From: Acidobacteriota bacterium | GTDB taxonomy: Bacteria > Acidobacteriota > Vicinamibacteria > Vicinamibacterales > JAKQTR01 | NCBI GenBank assembly: GCA_029562975.1 | Contig: JAKQTR010000016.1 | Location: forward strand, 35,887 to 99,886 | Length of the DNA: 64,000 nt | Direction: 5' to 3' | Shown here: in pieces, positions 10,466-18,973 of the stretch | How the letters are laid out: each line of letters opens with the position of its first letter | Position numbering within the stretch: the first letter of the stretch is position 1 | Notes under the pieces: model-generated | What the model was told of the DNA's origin: nothing | The model's input: the letters and a program-made list of their open reading frames with translations, nothing else | Databases searched by the model: none | Made by a program: the position numbers and the translations under genes

Positions 10466-11392
10466 TCAGCCTGCGGGCGCGACGACCGGCTTCTCGCCCG
10501 CGAAGATGCGATCGAGGCGCGCCACCACGTCCTTCAGGTAGGCCGCGTCCCCCCCGCTGATCTCGGTCGTGACCCAGCCCTGGTACTTGATGTCGGCGAG
10601 GGCCTTGCGGACGGCCGGCCAGTCGACGTCGCCGTTGCCCAGGTTCACCCAGGCGTACTGGCTCTTGCCGCGCTCCTGTTTGAAGTCCTTCACGTGGACT
10701 TTCACGACGCGCTGGCCGAGCGTGCGGATCCAGTCGTCCGGGAACCCGTAGAAGAGCATATTGCCCACGTCGAGGTACGCCTTCACCCAGGGCGACGCGA
10801 ACTCATCCACGTACTTGGCCATCTCGAGCGGGCTGAGCAGGAACTTGTTCCAGACGTTCTCCATCCCGACGACGACCTTCAGCTCCTGCGCGAGGGGCAG
10901 GATGCGCTCCCTGATCACCTTCTGCGAGCGCGTCCAGGCGTCCTTGTAGGAGGTCTCGGCGTTCACCACCGCCGGCACCAGGAGCACCGTGTCAGCGCCC
11001 CACAGCCTGGCGTTGCGGAGGGACGTCTCCATGCCCGCCACGCTCTTCGACACCACCTCGGGGTCGGCGCTCGACAGGGGGTACCGCCAATGGTCGGCGT
11101 TCATCACGCCGTGGATCGTCAGGCCGGTCTTCTCGGCGGCCTCCTTGATCTCCGCCGCGACGGCCGGTTCGGCAATCGTGCCGATTTCGATGCCCTCGAA
11201 CCCCACCTCGCGTGCCAGCTTGAACTTGTCGAGATAGGACAGTTCCCTCGGCAGCATGCTGACGTAGAGGGCCTTCTTCAACCCGCCGCCCGCCTGGGCC
11301 GCCGCCGCAGAGGCCGCAGCGGGCCGGAGCGCCGCCAGGACCGAGGCTGCCGCCGTCATCTCCAGGAACCCGCGCCGATCGATCGTTCTCAT
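10466..11392 (-). CDS. Xylose-isomerase-like TIM-barrel protein (sugar phosphate isomerase/epimerase family) with twin-arginine signal
   Basis: Inner ATG at 11392 follows GGGAGGTGG. The N-terminus MRTIDRRGFLEMTAAASVLAAL is Tat-type. The body shows GFEGIEI, VVGMENVWN, AYLDVGN and VHVKDF, typical of this fold. Confidence 0.85.
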   Translation of the reverse strand: MRTIDRRGFLEMTAAASVLAALRPAAASAAAAQAGGGLKKALYVSMLPRELSYLDKFKLAREVGFEGIEIGTIAEPAVAAEIKEAAEKTGLTIHGVMNADHWRYPLSSADPEVVSKSVAGMETSLRNARLWGADTVLLVPAVVNAETSYKDAWTRSQKVIRERILPLAQELKVVVGMENVWNKFLLSPLEMAKYVDEFASPWVKAYLDVGNMLFYGFPDDWIRTLGQRVVKVHVKDFKQERGKSQYAWVNLGNGDVDWPAVRKALADIKYQGWVTTEISGGDAAYLKDVVARLDRIFAGEKPVVAPAG

Positions 11393-11463
11393 GGCCACCT
11401 CCCTCGAGCGGAGGGTACTCCGTTGGCGCGCGCGACTCAAGCCCCCGGCGCCCGCGTTCCCGG

Positions 11464-11469
11464 TATAAT
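11464..11469 (+). promoter_or_regulatory. Perfect TATAAT hexamer in the divergent spacer
   Basis: GGTATAAT lies 98 nt upstream of ATG 11567. No convincing -35 was found. Confidence 0.3.
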
Positions 11470-11566
11470 CTGACGGGAGCACCCCGCTTGCCCGGTCTTC
11501 GAGGGTTGCTTGACGCGTCGGACCAGCCTCCGCCGGAGACCGGGATCACCTGAAGGAGGGAGATCG

Positions 11567-12856
11567 ATGAACGAACCCAGAGACACCAAGGTCACGCGCC
11601 GCGAATTCGTGGGCGTGGCCGCCGCCGCGACCGCGGGATTCACCATCCTGAAGCCTGCCACGGTTTTCGGCACGCAGGCGAACTCCGCCGTGAGCCTCGG
11701 CCTGATCGGCGCCGGAGGGCGCGGCACGGCCGTGACGCGCTCGTTCCTCCAGAACAGCGGCGCCGTGCTCACGGCGGTGGCCGACATCTTCCAGGACCAG
11801 CTGGATCGGGCCAAGGCGAACCTCGACTCCCTCAACACGAAGCTTGGCAAGCCGGCGATCGCGCGGACCTACAAGGGCGTCGGCGCCTGCAAGGAACTGC
11901 TGGCCGGCAAGGACATCGACGCGGTGTACATCGCCACGCCGCCGTTCTTCCACCCGGCGCAGCTCGAGGCGGCGCTCGCCGCCGGGAAGCACGTGTACCT
12001 GGAGAAGCCGGTCGGCGTGGACGTGCCCGGGGCCAAGAAGATCATGGCGCTCGGCGAACAGGCCAAGACCAAGAAGCTGAGCCTCGCCGTGGGGTTCCAG
12101 ATCCGGTACGCGTCGCCCTACGTGCTGCTCGAGAAGCGCATCCGCGAGGGGCAGATCGGCACGATGGTGTCGGGCGAGACCCACTACTTCGCGTCCAACA
12201 TCAACCGGCCGCCCTTCGACGACAAGTCGGCCGACGAGCGCCGCCTCCGCAACTGGATCTACGAAAAGACGCTGTCGGGCGACATCATCGTCGAACAGAA
12301 CATCCACATCATCGACGTCACCAACTGGCTGCTGGGCGGACGCCCCGTCAAGGCGTTCTGCACGAACGGCCGCGCCGGGCGCACGGATCCGGGCGACTGC
12401 TCGAGCCACTACAGCGGCGTGTTCACGTATCCGAACGACGTGCACATCAGCTTCGCCTCGACCCAGTACGGCAAGGCCGCGTGGGGCGTCGGCATGCAGT
12501 ACTACGGCACGCGGGGCATCGCCGAGGCGCGCTACGACGCGCCGGTGCGCATCTCGGGCGCCACGAACTGGGAGTTCCCCGGGCTCGGCAAGCCCGAGGC
12601 CGTCGATCAGCAGGCCGCGGTCACGGGGCAGTTCCGCGGCGCGCTCGACGACGCCGACGCGAACAAGCAGGCGGCGTTCATCGGCAGCATCGTCACCGGC
12701 AAGCTGCTCAACGAGGCCACGCAGGGCGCCGAGTCCACCCTCGCGGGCATCCTCGGCCGCATGTCGGCGCAGCTCGGCCGCGAGTTGACCTGGGACGAGA
12801 TGCTGAAGTCGACCGAGGCGTACGACCCGAAGATCAACTTCGCGCAGTTCACCTAG
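11567..12856 (+). CDS. Gfo/Idh/MocA family oxidoreductase with twin-arginine signal (periplasmic, glycoside 3-dehydrogenase-like)
   Basis: Inner ATG at 11567 follows GAAGGAGGGAG. Tat motif VTRREFVGVAAAATAG, Rossmann LGLIGAGGRG and EKP motif (KHVYLEKPVG). Confidence 0.85.
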   Translation: MNEPRDTKVTRREFVGVAAAATAGFTILKPATVFGTQANSAVSLGLIGAGGRGTAVTRSFLQNSGAVLTAVADIFQDQLDRAKANLDSLNTKLGKPAIARTYKGVGACKELLAGKDIDAVYIATPPFFHPAQLEAALAAGKHVYLEKPVGVDVPGAKKIMALGEQAKTKKLSLAVGFQIRYASPYVLLEKRIREGQIGTMVSGETHYFASNINRPPFDDKSADERRLRNWIYEKTLSGDIIVEQNIHIIDVTNWLLGGRPVKAFCTNGRAGRTDPGDCSSHYSGVFTYPNDVHISFASTQYGKAAWGVGMQYYGTRGIAEARYDAPVRISGATNWEFPGLGKPEAVDQQAAVTGQFRGALDDADANKQAAFIGSIVTGKLLNEATQGAESTLAGILGRMSAQLGRELTWDEMLKSTEAYDPKINFAQFT

Positions 12857-12862
12857 GGCGCT

Positions 12863-12900
12863 GCGGGGGCCCGCGGCCGGAGTCGGCGGCGGGCCCCCGC
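12863..12900. terminator. GC-rich perfect hairpin between convergent stop codons (bidirectional terminator-like, no U-tract)
   Basis: GCGGGGGCCCGC at 12863-12874 pairs perfectly with GCGGGCCCCCGC at 12889-12900 (12 bp), with 4 further inner pairs. It is centred between the stops at 12856 and 12905. Confidence 0.45.
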
Positions 12901-12904
12901 CCCG

Positions 12905-13741
12905 TCAGGATCCCGCCAGCGGCTCGAGATCGATCCTCCGGAAGTAGATCTCCGCGCCCTCGGACTGGATCAGGATCTTCCCCTCCGTCAGGCTCGACCG
13001 GGTCGCCTCGTTCACGACCGTGCCGTTCACCGTCACGGTCACCCGGTCGCCCTGCGCCGTGATCTCCATGCGCGTCCACTGCCCGTACGGGCTCTCGACG
13101 TCCTCCCGGCCGCGAAACCCCAGCGCGTCCTTCCAGTCGGCGTCCCGGCCGTGCCAGTTGAGGCGGCCGCTCGCGAAATCGCGCGCCTCCCCCTTGGGGT
13201 CGTAGAACCACTCGCCGTCGCGGTCCTGCGACGCCCGTGCCGCCAGCGTCGGCCTCAGCCGGGTGCCGTCGGCCTCGAAACCGGCGACCAGGATGAAATC
13301 GCCGACGCCGCCCTCGATGATCTGGGCCTCGATGGATCGCATCCACGCGCCGTTGAAGTCCTTTCCGGTATTGCCGTCCGCCCCCTGCGCGTGGATGAGG
13401 ACGCCGCTGTCGCGGGCCGCGTTCTTCCGCTGGCCCCAGGTCAGCAGCCCCCACCGGAACTCCACGACCAACCGGTAGTCCCGGTAGGACTCCCGGGACA
13501 CCAAGCCGCCCCAGCGCTCCCCGCTGATGCGGACGGCGGGCGCCCCGTCCACCTGATCCACGACGCTGAACACCCGCAGCGGATCCTCCCGGTGCGTATC
13601 CACGAGCCACGGGTAGAACGCGTCGAGCGTCTTCCCGTCGAAGAGGCGAATCACGCCGCCCGGCGTGACGGCCGGCTGGGCGGCGGCGGCCGAGGGCACG
13701 GCGAGCGCGGCAAGGAACAGGACGGACGGCGCGATGCGCAT
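12905..13741 (-). CDS. DUF1080 (3-keto-disaccharide hydrolase family) secreted protein
   Basis: ATG at 13741 follows GGAGGT. Signal peptide MRIAPSVLFLAALAVPSAAAAQP. Family-typical LFDGKTLDAF, YRDYRLVVEFRW, SGVLIH, ILIQSEGAEIYFRRIDL. Confidence 0.85.
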   Translation of the reverse strand: MRIAPSVLFLAALAVPSAAAAQPAVTPGGVIRLFDGKTLDAFYPWLVDTHREDPLRVFSVVDQVDGAPAVRISGERWGGLVSRESYRDYRLVVEFRWGLLTWGQRKNAARDSGVLIHAQGADGNTGKDFNGAWMRSIEAQIIEGGVGDFILVAGFEADGTRLRPTLAARASQDRDGEWFYDPKGEARDFASGRLNWHGRDADWKDALGFRGREDVESPYGQWTRMEITAQGDRVTVTVNGTVVNEATRSSLTEGKILIQSEGAEIYFRRIDLEPLAGS

Positions 13742-13762
13742 CGGGACCTCCACCGATCAGGG

Positions 13763-14974
13763 TCAGATTCTCAGGAACAGCTTGCGGCGGTACATCCAGA
13801 ACAGAATCAGCCAGTACGCCGCCAGGACGAACGCGCCCATCACGAACGGCTCGTACGCGGCGCCGAAGGCCGTGAAGAAGCCCGCGCCGAGATGGGTGCG
13901 CAGGGAGGACGCGATGAAGTCCTCGAAGAGGTGCGCGATCATGTAGGCCGCAATCGAGTTCATCCCGATGACGACCAGCGGGAACGCCGGCTTGCGCCAG
14001 CCGCGCAGGTCCACCACCGCGTAGAACGCGGCCAGGAGCAGGAAGCACCAGCCGCCGCTGAACAGCGTCCAGCTCGGTGTCCAGATGCGTTTGACCGACG
14101 GGCAAATCCCGACCGCGTCCAGCAGCCAGCCGGCGGCGATCCCGATGAGGCCCGCCGTCACGAGCCACGTCATCCGCTGCCGGGCCGTCCGGCCGCTGCG
14201 CATGACGCGCCCGGCGGCCAGTCCCAGGATCATGGTGCCGAGCGTCGGGATGAAGCTCAGCGTCGCGTAGCCGCCGCCGTTGAACCTGAACCAGCCGTCC
14301 GGCGGGAACAGATTGAGGAACCAGCGGTCGAAGGCCCACGCGAGATTCGTGTTCTTGTTCCAGTGCGCCGCGAACCCCTGGTAGTTGTACGCCCAGCCTG
14401 GCGTCGTGCCGGCAGCCGCCCAGTCGAAGCCGGAACCGGGCAGCGGGTACAGCGCGAACGCCGCCCAGTAGCCGACCAGGATGAGGGCGAACGCAATCCA
14501 GGCGGTCCGCATCTTGCGGAAGCCCAGCAGGAACAGCAGGGGATAGCCCAGGCCGATCTGCGTGAGCGTATCCTCGAAGGTGAACCGCGTGGCGTCCCGG
14601 CCGATGGATCGCAGGAAGATGCCCAGCGCCACGAGCACGAACGCGCGCCAGACGGCGTGCGCGGTCATGGCTTTCTTCGAGTGGCCCCGCGCGAGGCGGC
14701 TCGCCATCGAGTACGGCAGGGCCACGCCCACCATGAACGAGAACGCCGGCTGGATGAGATCGTGCAGCGAACAGCCCGCCCATGGCGCGTGGGTTTGGTG
14801 GAACGCGAGAACCCTCCAGAACGCGCTTGCGGGCACGGCGGCGGCCACCGCCGCCAGGCGGAGCACCTCGGCCATCATCAGGAACATCACGAAGCCGCGG
14901 AAGGCGTCGAGCGACACGAGACGCTCGACTGGAGTCGTCGTCGGGGCCGCAGCAGCGGCAGCGGGTTCACGCAT
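13763..14974 (-). CDS. Heparan-alpha-glucosaminide N-acetyltransferase-like (DUF5009/DUF1624) polytopic acyltransferase
   Basis: The [17 protein letters not shown] start motif plus about 11 hydrophobic helices. ATG at 14974 was chosen. An in-frame GTG at 15010 is an alternative start. Confidence 0.75.
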   Translation of the reverse strand: MREPAAAAAAPTTTPVERLVSLDAFRGFVMFLMMAEVLRLAAVAAAVPASAFWRVLAFHQTHAPWAGCSLHDLIQPAFSFMVGVALPYSMASRLARGHSKKAMTAHAVWRAFVLVALGIFLRSIGRDATRFTFEDTLTQIGLGYPLLFLLGFRKMRTAWIAFALILVGYWAAFALYPLPGSGFDWAAAGTTPGWAYNYQGFAAHWNKNTNLAWAFDRWFLNLFPPDGWFRFNGGGYATLSFIPTLGTMILGLAAGRVMRSGRTARQRMTWLVTAGLIGIAAGWLLDAVGICPSVKRIWTPSWTLFSGGWCFLLLAAFYAVVDLRGWRKPAFPLVVIGMNSIAAYMIAHLFEDFIASSLRTHLGAGFFTAFGAAYEPFVMGAFVLAAYWLILFWMYRRKLFLRI

Positions 14975-15097
14975 GCCCGGGATGATACCGTGCCGCGCCG
15001 CGCCGCGCACGTTCTTTGGGAGCGCGAGGGCAGGCGAGAGGAAGAGCGGCTCGGGAACCGGCCTCCCGGCGGCCGGCGCAGGCTCGGCGCCGGCCGC

Positions 15098-16402
15098 CTA
15101 GCGCACCGGCACGGCCGACAGCGCGGCGAGGCCCTCCCGGACCAGGAGGTCCTCCAGGCCTGGCGCGAACGGGACGAGCGTCGTGAAACGGGGCGCGCAC
15201 CAGCAGGCGTAGTCGGCCGGGTCGGCGAACGCCTCGCGGCTCGGCAGGTAGCCGACGCTGCCGTTGGCGTAGCCGGCAACCCACGCCCCTGGGGCGCCCT
15301 CCCGGATCCGGACGCCGATGCGGGTGAACGGCTCCCCGGGAAGCGCCAGGATCCGCAGGGGGCCGATCCCGACGGCCTGGATAGGCACGCCGTCGACGAA
15401 CGGCCGCTCGGCCAGCCGGCCGCCGGAGGCGCGCGCAAGGCGCTCCCACTCCGCGGCGAACCGCGGCGCGCCGGGGAACAGGCCGAACCGCTCGACAAAC
15501 GCCCGGGCCTCTTGCGCGATCCGCTCGCCGCTCCAGGCGACGAGCGGCAGCGCGATGCGCCGCTCGGCGGCCGCCACCCCGGCGGGGGCGCACGCGTCCG
15601 CGCGGGCGGCGATCCGGCGCGCGTGCAGCGCCAGCCGTTCCCCCGTCCGCCGCACAGCCTCGGACGCGCCAACCCCGTTCTCGCGGCATGCAGCCACGGG
15701 ATCGATCTCGCCGCTGCACCCCTGGAGCACGAGTCCGCAGTCGCCGGCCTCTTCGAAGCAGGCCGCCACCGCGCCAGGCCAGTCGGCCGTGACATCGCCC
15801 GTCGGCCCTGCCGTCACCGGATGACAGGCGTAGCCGACCAGGTAGATCCTGCGATCCGGCCGTTCGAACCGCGCCACGCGCAGCCCTGGGTCCGCGGCGC
15901 CGGCCTCCGGACCGCGGCGGTTGCGGCCGATGCCGTCAACGACGCCCTCCCCTACCCGCATGGCGCACCTGCGAAGATCGGCGGCGGACCGATCAACGGC
16001 CTCGTCGATCCACGCGGGCAGCCGGTCCATGTAGGCGGCATCCATCTCGCCCAGGCCGATCGCGGGCTTCGTGGCCGGTCCGGAGTGGGTGTGGGTGCAG
16101 GCGAGCAGCACGTGGGCCGGGGGCAGGCCCCACCGATCGGCGATCCGGCGGCGGTGCCGGTCGGCCTCGTCCACCGCGAGCCCGATAAGGTCGCACGAGA
16201 TCAGGAAGACCCGGGCATCTCCGAGGCGGACGCACACCGAGCGGACGTGCAGCTCGTCGAGCACCCGCTCGGCCCGACGCTCGAGGTAGAACCCGTAGCC
16301 GGCCAGTTCGGTGCCAATCGGCGGCGTGATGATCCGCTCGCCGTAGCCCGCCTCCAGCCCGGCGGCCGCAGGCCTGCCTCCTCCACTCACGGCGCGTGCC
16401 AC
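15098..16402 (-). CDS. Neutral/alkaline ceramidase N-terminal-domain-like hydrolase (cytoplasmic, no signal peptide)
   Basis: Track ORF of 434 aa with a GTG start 3 nt after the upstream stop. ITPPIGTELAGYG and ACTHTHSGPA match the neutral-ceramidase-like family signature. Confidence 0.7.
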   Translation of the reverse strand: MARAVSGGGRPAAAGLEAGYGERIITPPIGTELAGYGFYLERRAERVLDELHVRSVCVRLGDARVFLISCDLIGLAVDEADRHRRRIADRWGLPPAHVLLACTHTHSGPATKPAIGLGEMDAAYMDRLPAWIDEAVDRSAADLRRCAMRVGEGVVDGIGRNRRGPEAGAADPGLRVARFERPDRRIYLVGYACHPVTAGPTGDVTADWPGAVAACFEEAGDCGLVLQGCSGEIDPVAACRENGVGASEAVRRTGERLALHARRIAARADACAPAGVAAAERRIALPLVAWSGERIAQEARAFVERFGLFPGAPRFAAEWERLARASGGRLAERPFVDGVPIQAVGIGPLRILALPGEPFTRIGVRIREGAPGAWVAGYANGSVGYLPSREAFADPADYACWCAPRFTTLVPFAPGLEDLLVREGLAALSAVPVR

Positions 16403-16405
16403 CGT

Positions 16406-17200
16406 CTACCTGCCGGAGTCCGGCAGCACCTGGCCGAGACACCGCAGCCAGAAGTCGGCGTAGCGCTCCCAGAACACGAAGTTGCACGCCCAGTGCGGCG
16501 CCGGGTCCGACATGAACGCCAGGGATCGCCCGGCGCCGCAGCGGCGGACGGCCACCAGCGGGTCGCCGGTCTCGCGCACCTCGGCGAGCACCCGGCCGTC
16601 CTCGCTCGGCCGGACCTTGTTGTAGCCGAGGAGCGGCGGCATCGCCCCGAGGTCGAGGCCGGCGAACGCCGGCGCCCCCGCCGCAGTCGGCCTCGCCGTG
16701 AAGCCTTCGGTGCTCTCGACGAGGTCCTCCGTCTCCAGGCACCGCACCGGCAGCAGCTCAGCCAGGCGCGTGCGCCCCCATCCGCCCTTCCCCATCTCGC
16801 CGGTGAACGAATACCAGCCGCCGAGGAACATCACGCCCTTGCCGGCGCGCACGGCGTCGATGGTCAGCCGGATGCGATCCGGGAACGTCAGGATCGTCGA
16901 GCCGAACTTCTCGCGGTCGAAGAAGGAGGGGGCGAGCTGGAACAGCTTGGCATCCACGTCGCTGAACACGAAGACGTCGTGCCCCTCCAGCACGCGTTCG
17001 TACCCGCCCGGCGGCAGCTTGTAGAAATCCCACGCCGGCACGGACGTGACCTGGTGCTCGCCGGTGGACTGCAGCGCGTCGGTCAGCCACGTTCCGTAGT
17101 TGAAGATCTCGAGCCCCTTCGGCGAATGGTAGAACGGCGTCTCGGCGAAGCTGGGGCCGACAAGCACGGCCCAGTCCCCCGCGTAGTAGATGCGAGCCAT
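16406..17200 (-). CDS. Putative class-I glutamine-amidotransferase-like protein (GATase1-like/DUF1355-type)
   Basis: Track ORF of 264 aa. ATG follows AAGGAGG. Normal amino-acid composition. The family assignment rests on recollection of the MARIYYAGDW...VFVFSDV...GGWYSF pattern and is tentative. Confidence 0.5.
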   Translation of the reverse strand: MARIYYAGDWAVLVGPSFAETPFYHSPKGLEIFNYGTWLTDALQSTGEHQVTSVPAWDFYKLPPGGYERVLEGHDVFVFSDVDAKLFQLAPSFFDREKFGSTILTFPDRIRLTIDAVRAGKGVMFLGGWYSFTGEMGKGGWGRTRLAELLPVRCLETEDLVESTEGFTARPTAAGAPAFAGLDLGAMPPLLGYNKVRPSEDGRVLAEVRETGDPLVAVRRCGAGRSLAFMSDPAPHWACNFVFWERYADFWLRCLGQVLPDSGR

Positions 17201-17221
17201 CGGGTCGCCTCCTTCGCGCCG

Positions 17222-18973
17222 CTATCGGCGGCGCTCCTGCATGTGCGCCACGTGCGCGCGCAGGGTCGTTTTGGTGGACTCGAACCAGTCCGGGAATTCC
17301 CGCTCGAGGCCGTCGAGCGTACGCTCGGCCAGCGACAGCAGCGCGCCTGCGGCGCCACGGCCGCCGGGCCGCTCCAGCAGGCGGTCGAACCGCTCGAGGA
17401 TGAGCACTTCGTTGGGCTCGGAACGGCCGTAGATCAACTCTCCGGGATACAGCTCGACGAGTGCCGCGAGGACATCCCGCTGGGCCGCGGTGCGGCCGAG
17501 GGCGAAGATGGCCTCCGCGATCGACGCCTGCGGGTCGTAGCCTGCCGGGTCAGCAGCGAAGTCGGCGCACGTGGCCAGCGGCAGGCGGTTCACGTCGTGC
17601 TGGGGCGCATGCGGGTTGCTGAGATAGGCGCCGGCCACCGCCGTCAGATCGGGATCCCGGCCGGTCACCGGCCCGAGGTGCAAGATGGGAAAGCGGTCGT
17701 TCGTGGGGTAGTTGTCCCAGATGAAGAGCCGGCGGCGCACCAACGAACGGAACGTCTCGCCGCACGCGCGGGTGATCGCCGGGGCCACCGACTGGTCTCC
17801 GGTCCAGAACACGTACACGTCGTCGAGCAGCGTCCGCCCCAGCGCTTCGAGGTACGGCCTGACCGAAGGCGCGTCCCCGCAGCCGTAGTAGGTGACCGGG
17901 CAGAACACGAGCTGGGCCGACGGCGAGGACCGCCTGAGCCGCTCGAGGAGGCGGTTCGCGACGCGGGCCTGCCCCTCGGCGAGCGCCGGCATGTCCAGGC
18001 CCCGCGTGGGGATGTCGTCGAAGCACAAGCTGAACCAATTGACCCCGGCCTGCTGCATCCACTCGTACTGGCGCCACAGCGCCTCGAAGTCCGCCTCGTC
18101 GTCCAGCTTCAGCGGCCGCTCGGAGTGGAGCTGGGGGTGGAAGGCGAAGCAGAACTCCACGCCGTTCAGCCGGCACTGGCGCGCGATTTCCGAGAAGGCG
18201 CGCTTCTTCTCGTCCGGGATCGGCTCCCACCATCGGTTGATCTTCCTGACGGCGTCGGTGTACATCGACGTGTAGCCGTTCATCAGGAAGTTCAAGCCGA
18301 ACCGCGCGAGCCACGGGATCTCGGACAGGTACTGCTCGGGCGTCCATCCCCAGCCCTTGGTGCCCCGGACGGCGAAGCCGCCGGTCGGGGGCCGCGGCGC
18401 CGGGCCGGCCGGCGAGGCCAGCGACAGATCCACGGTGTAGGCCGTGGTCAGCTCGTGAACCGGCACGTGCGACACCGGGCCGACAACGGCCTCGGCGACG
18501 AGCAGCGCCTGCGGCACGCCGCGATTGCCGCCTGCGCTCGCGCACCGCACCTCGAGCCGGTTCGCGCGCGGACGGAGCGCGCCCGCCGGCAGTCGGAACC
18601 GCCGAAGTTCCCACCACTCGCGGGGGAAGGGCCGAGGCCCGACGGGGATCCGGCTCCCGTTCAGCACGATCTCGACGGCTGGCGGAGCGCCCTCTCCCTC
18701 GGCGCGGGCTTTCAGCCAGACGGCGTAGGGGCCGCCCGGCGTGGCGCCGAGGTCGAAGGTCGCGCGGACTGCGGCTCTTGTCGCGCGCGCGCCGGCGCCG
18801 AGCTGACGAGCCTCGGTCAGCCCCGCGAGTTCGCCCGGCGGCACCCGCACCGCCGCCCCGCCGGCGAACTCGGCGCTCGTCAGCCGCAGGACCGGAGCGG
18901 CGGCGGGCCCGGCCTCCGGCCTGGCCGCGAGACACAGCACGATCGACGCGGCAAGCCACAACGGCCGCCTCAT
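17222..18973 (-). CDS. GH84 family beta-N-acetylglucosaminidase (O-GlcNAcase/NagJ-like), secreted
   Basis: Inner ATG at 18973 follows GGGAGGGAGGA. Signal peptide MRRPLWLAASIVLCLAA. An N-terminal beta-rich domain of about 200 aa precedes the TIM barrel. The barrel carries the adjacent-Asp catalytic motif SLCFDDIPTRG and FIWDNYPTND. Confidence 0.8.
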   Translation of the reverse strand: MRRPLWLAASIVLCLAARPEAGPAAAPVLRLTSAEFAGGAAVRVPPGELAGLTEARQLGAGARATRAAVRATFDLGATPGGPYAVWLKARAEGEGAPPAVEIVLNGSRIPVGPRPFPREWWELRRFRLPAGALRPRANRLEVRCASAGGNRGVPQALLVAEAVVGPVSHVPVHELTTAYTVDLSLASPAGPAPRPPTGGFAVRGTKGWGWTPEQYLSEIPWLARFGLNFLMNGYTSMYTDAVRKINRWWEPIPDEKKRAFSEIARQCRLNGVEFCFAFHPQLHSERPLKLDDEADFEALWRQYEWMQQAGVNWFSLCFDDIPTRGLDMPALAEGQARVANRLLERLRRSSPSAQLVFCPVTYYGCGDAPSVRPYLEALGRTLLDDVYVFWTGDQSVAPAITRACGETFRSLVRRRLFIWDNYPTNDRFPILHLGPVTGRDPDLTAVAGAYLSNPHAPQHDVNRLPLATCADFAADPAGYDPQASIAEAIFALGRTAAQRDVLAALVELYPGELIYGRSEPNEVLILERFDRLLERPGGRGAAGALLSLAERTLDGLEREFPDWFESTKTTLRAHVAHMQERRR

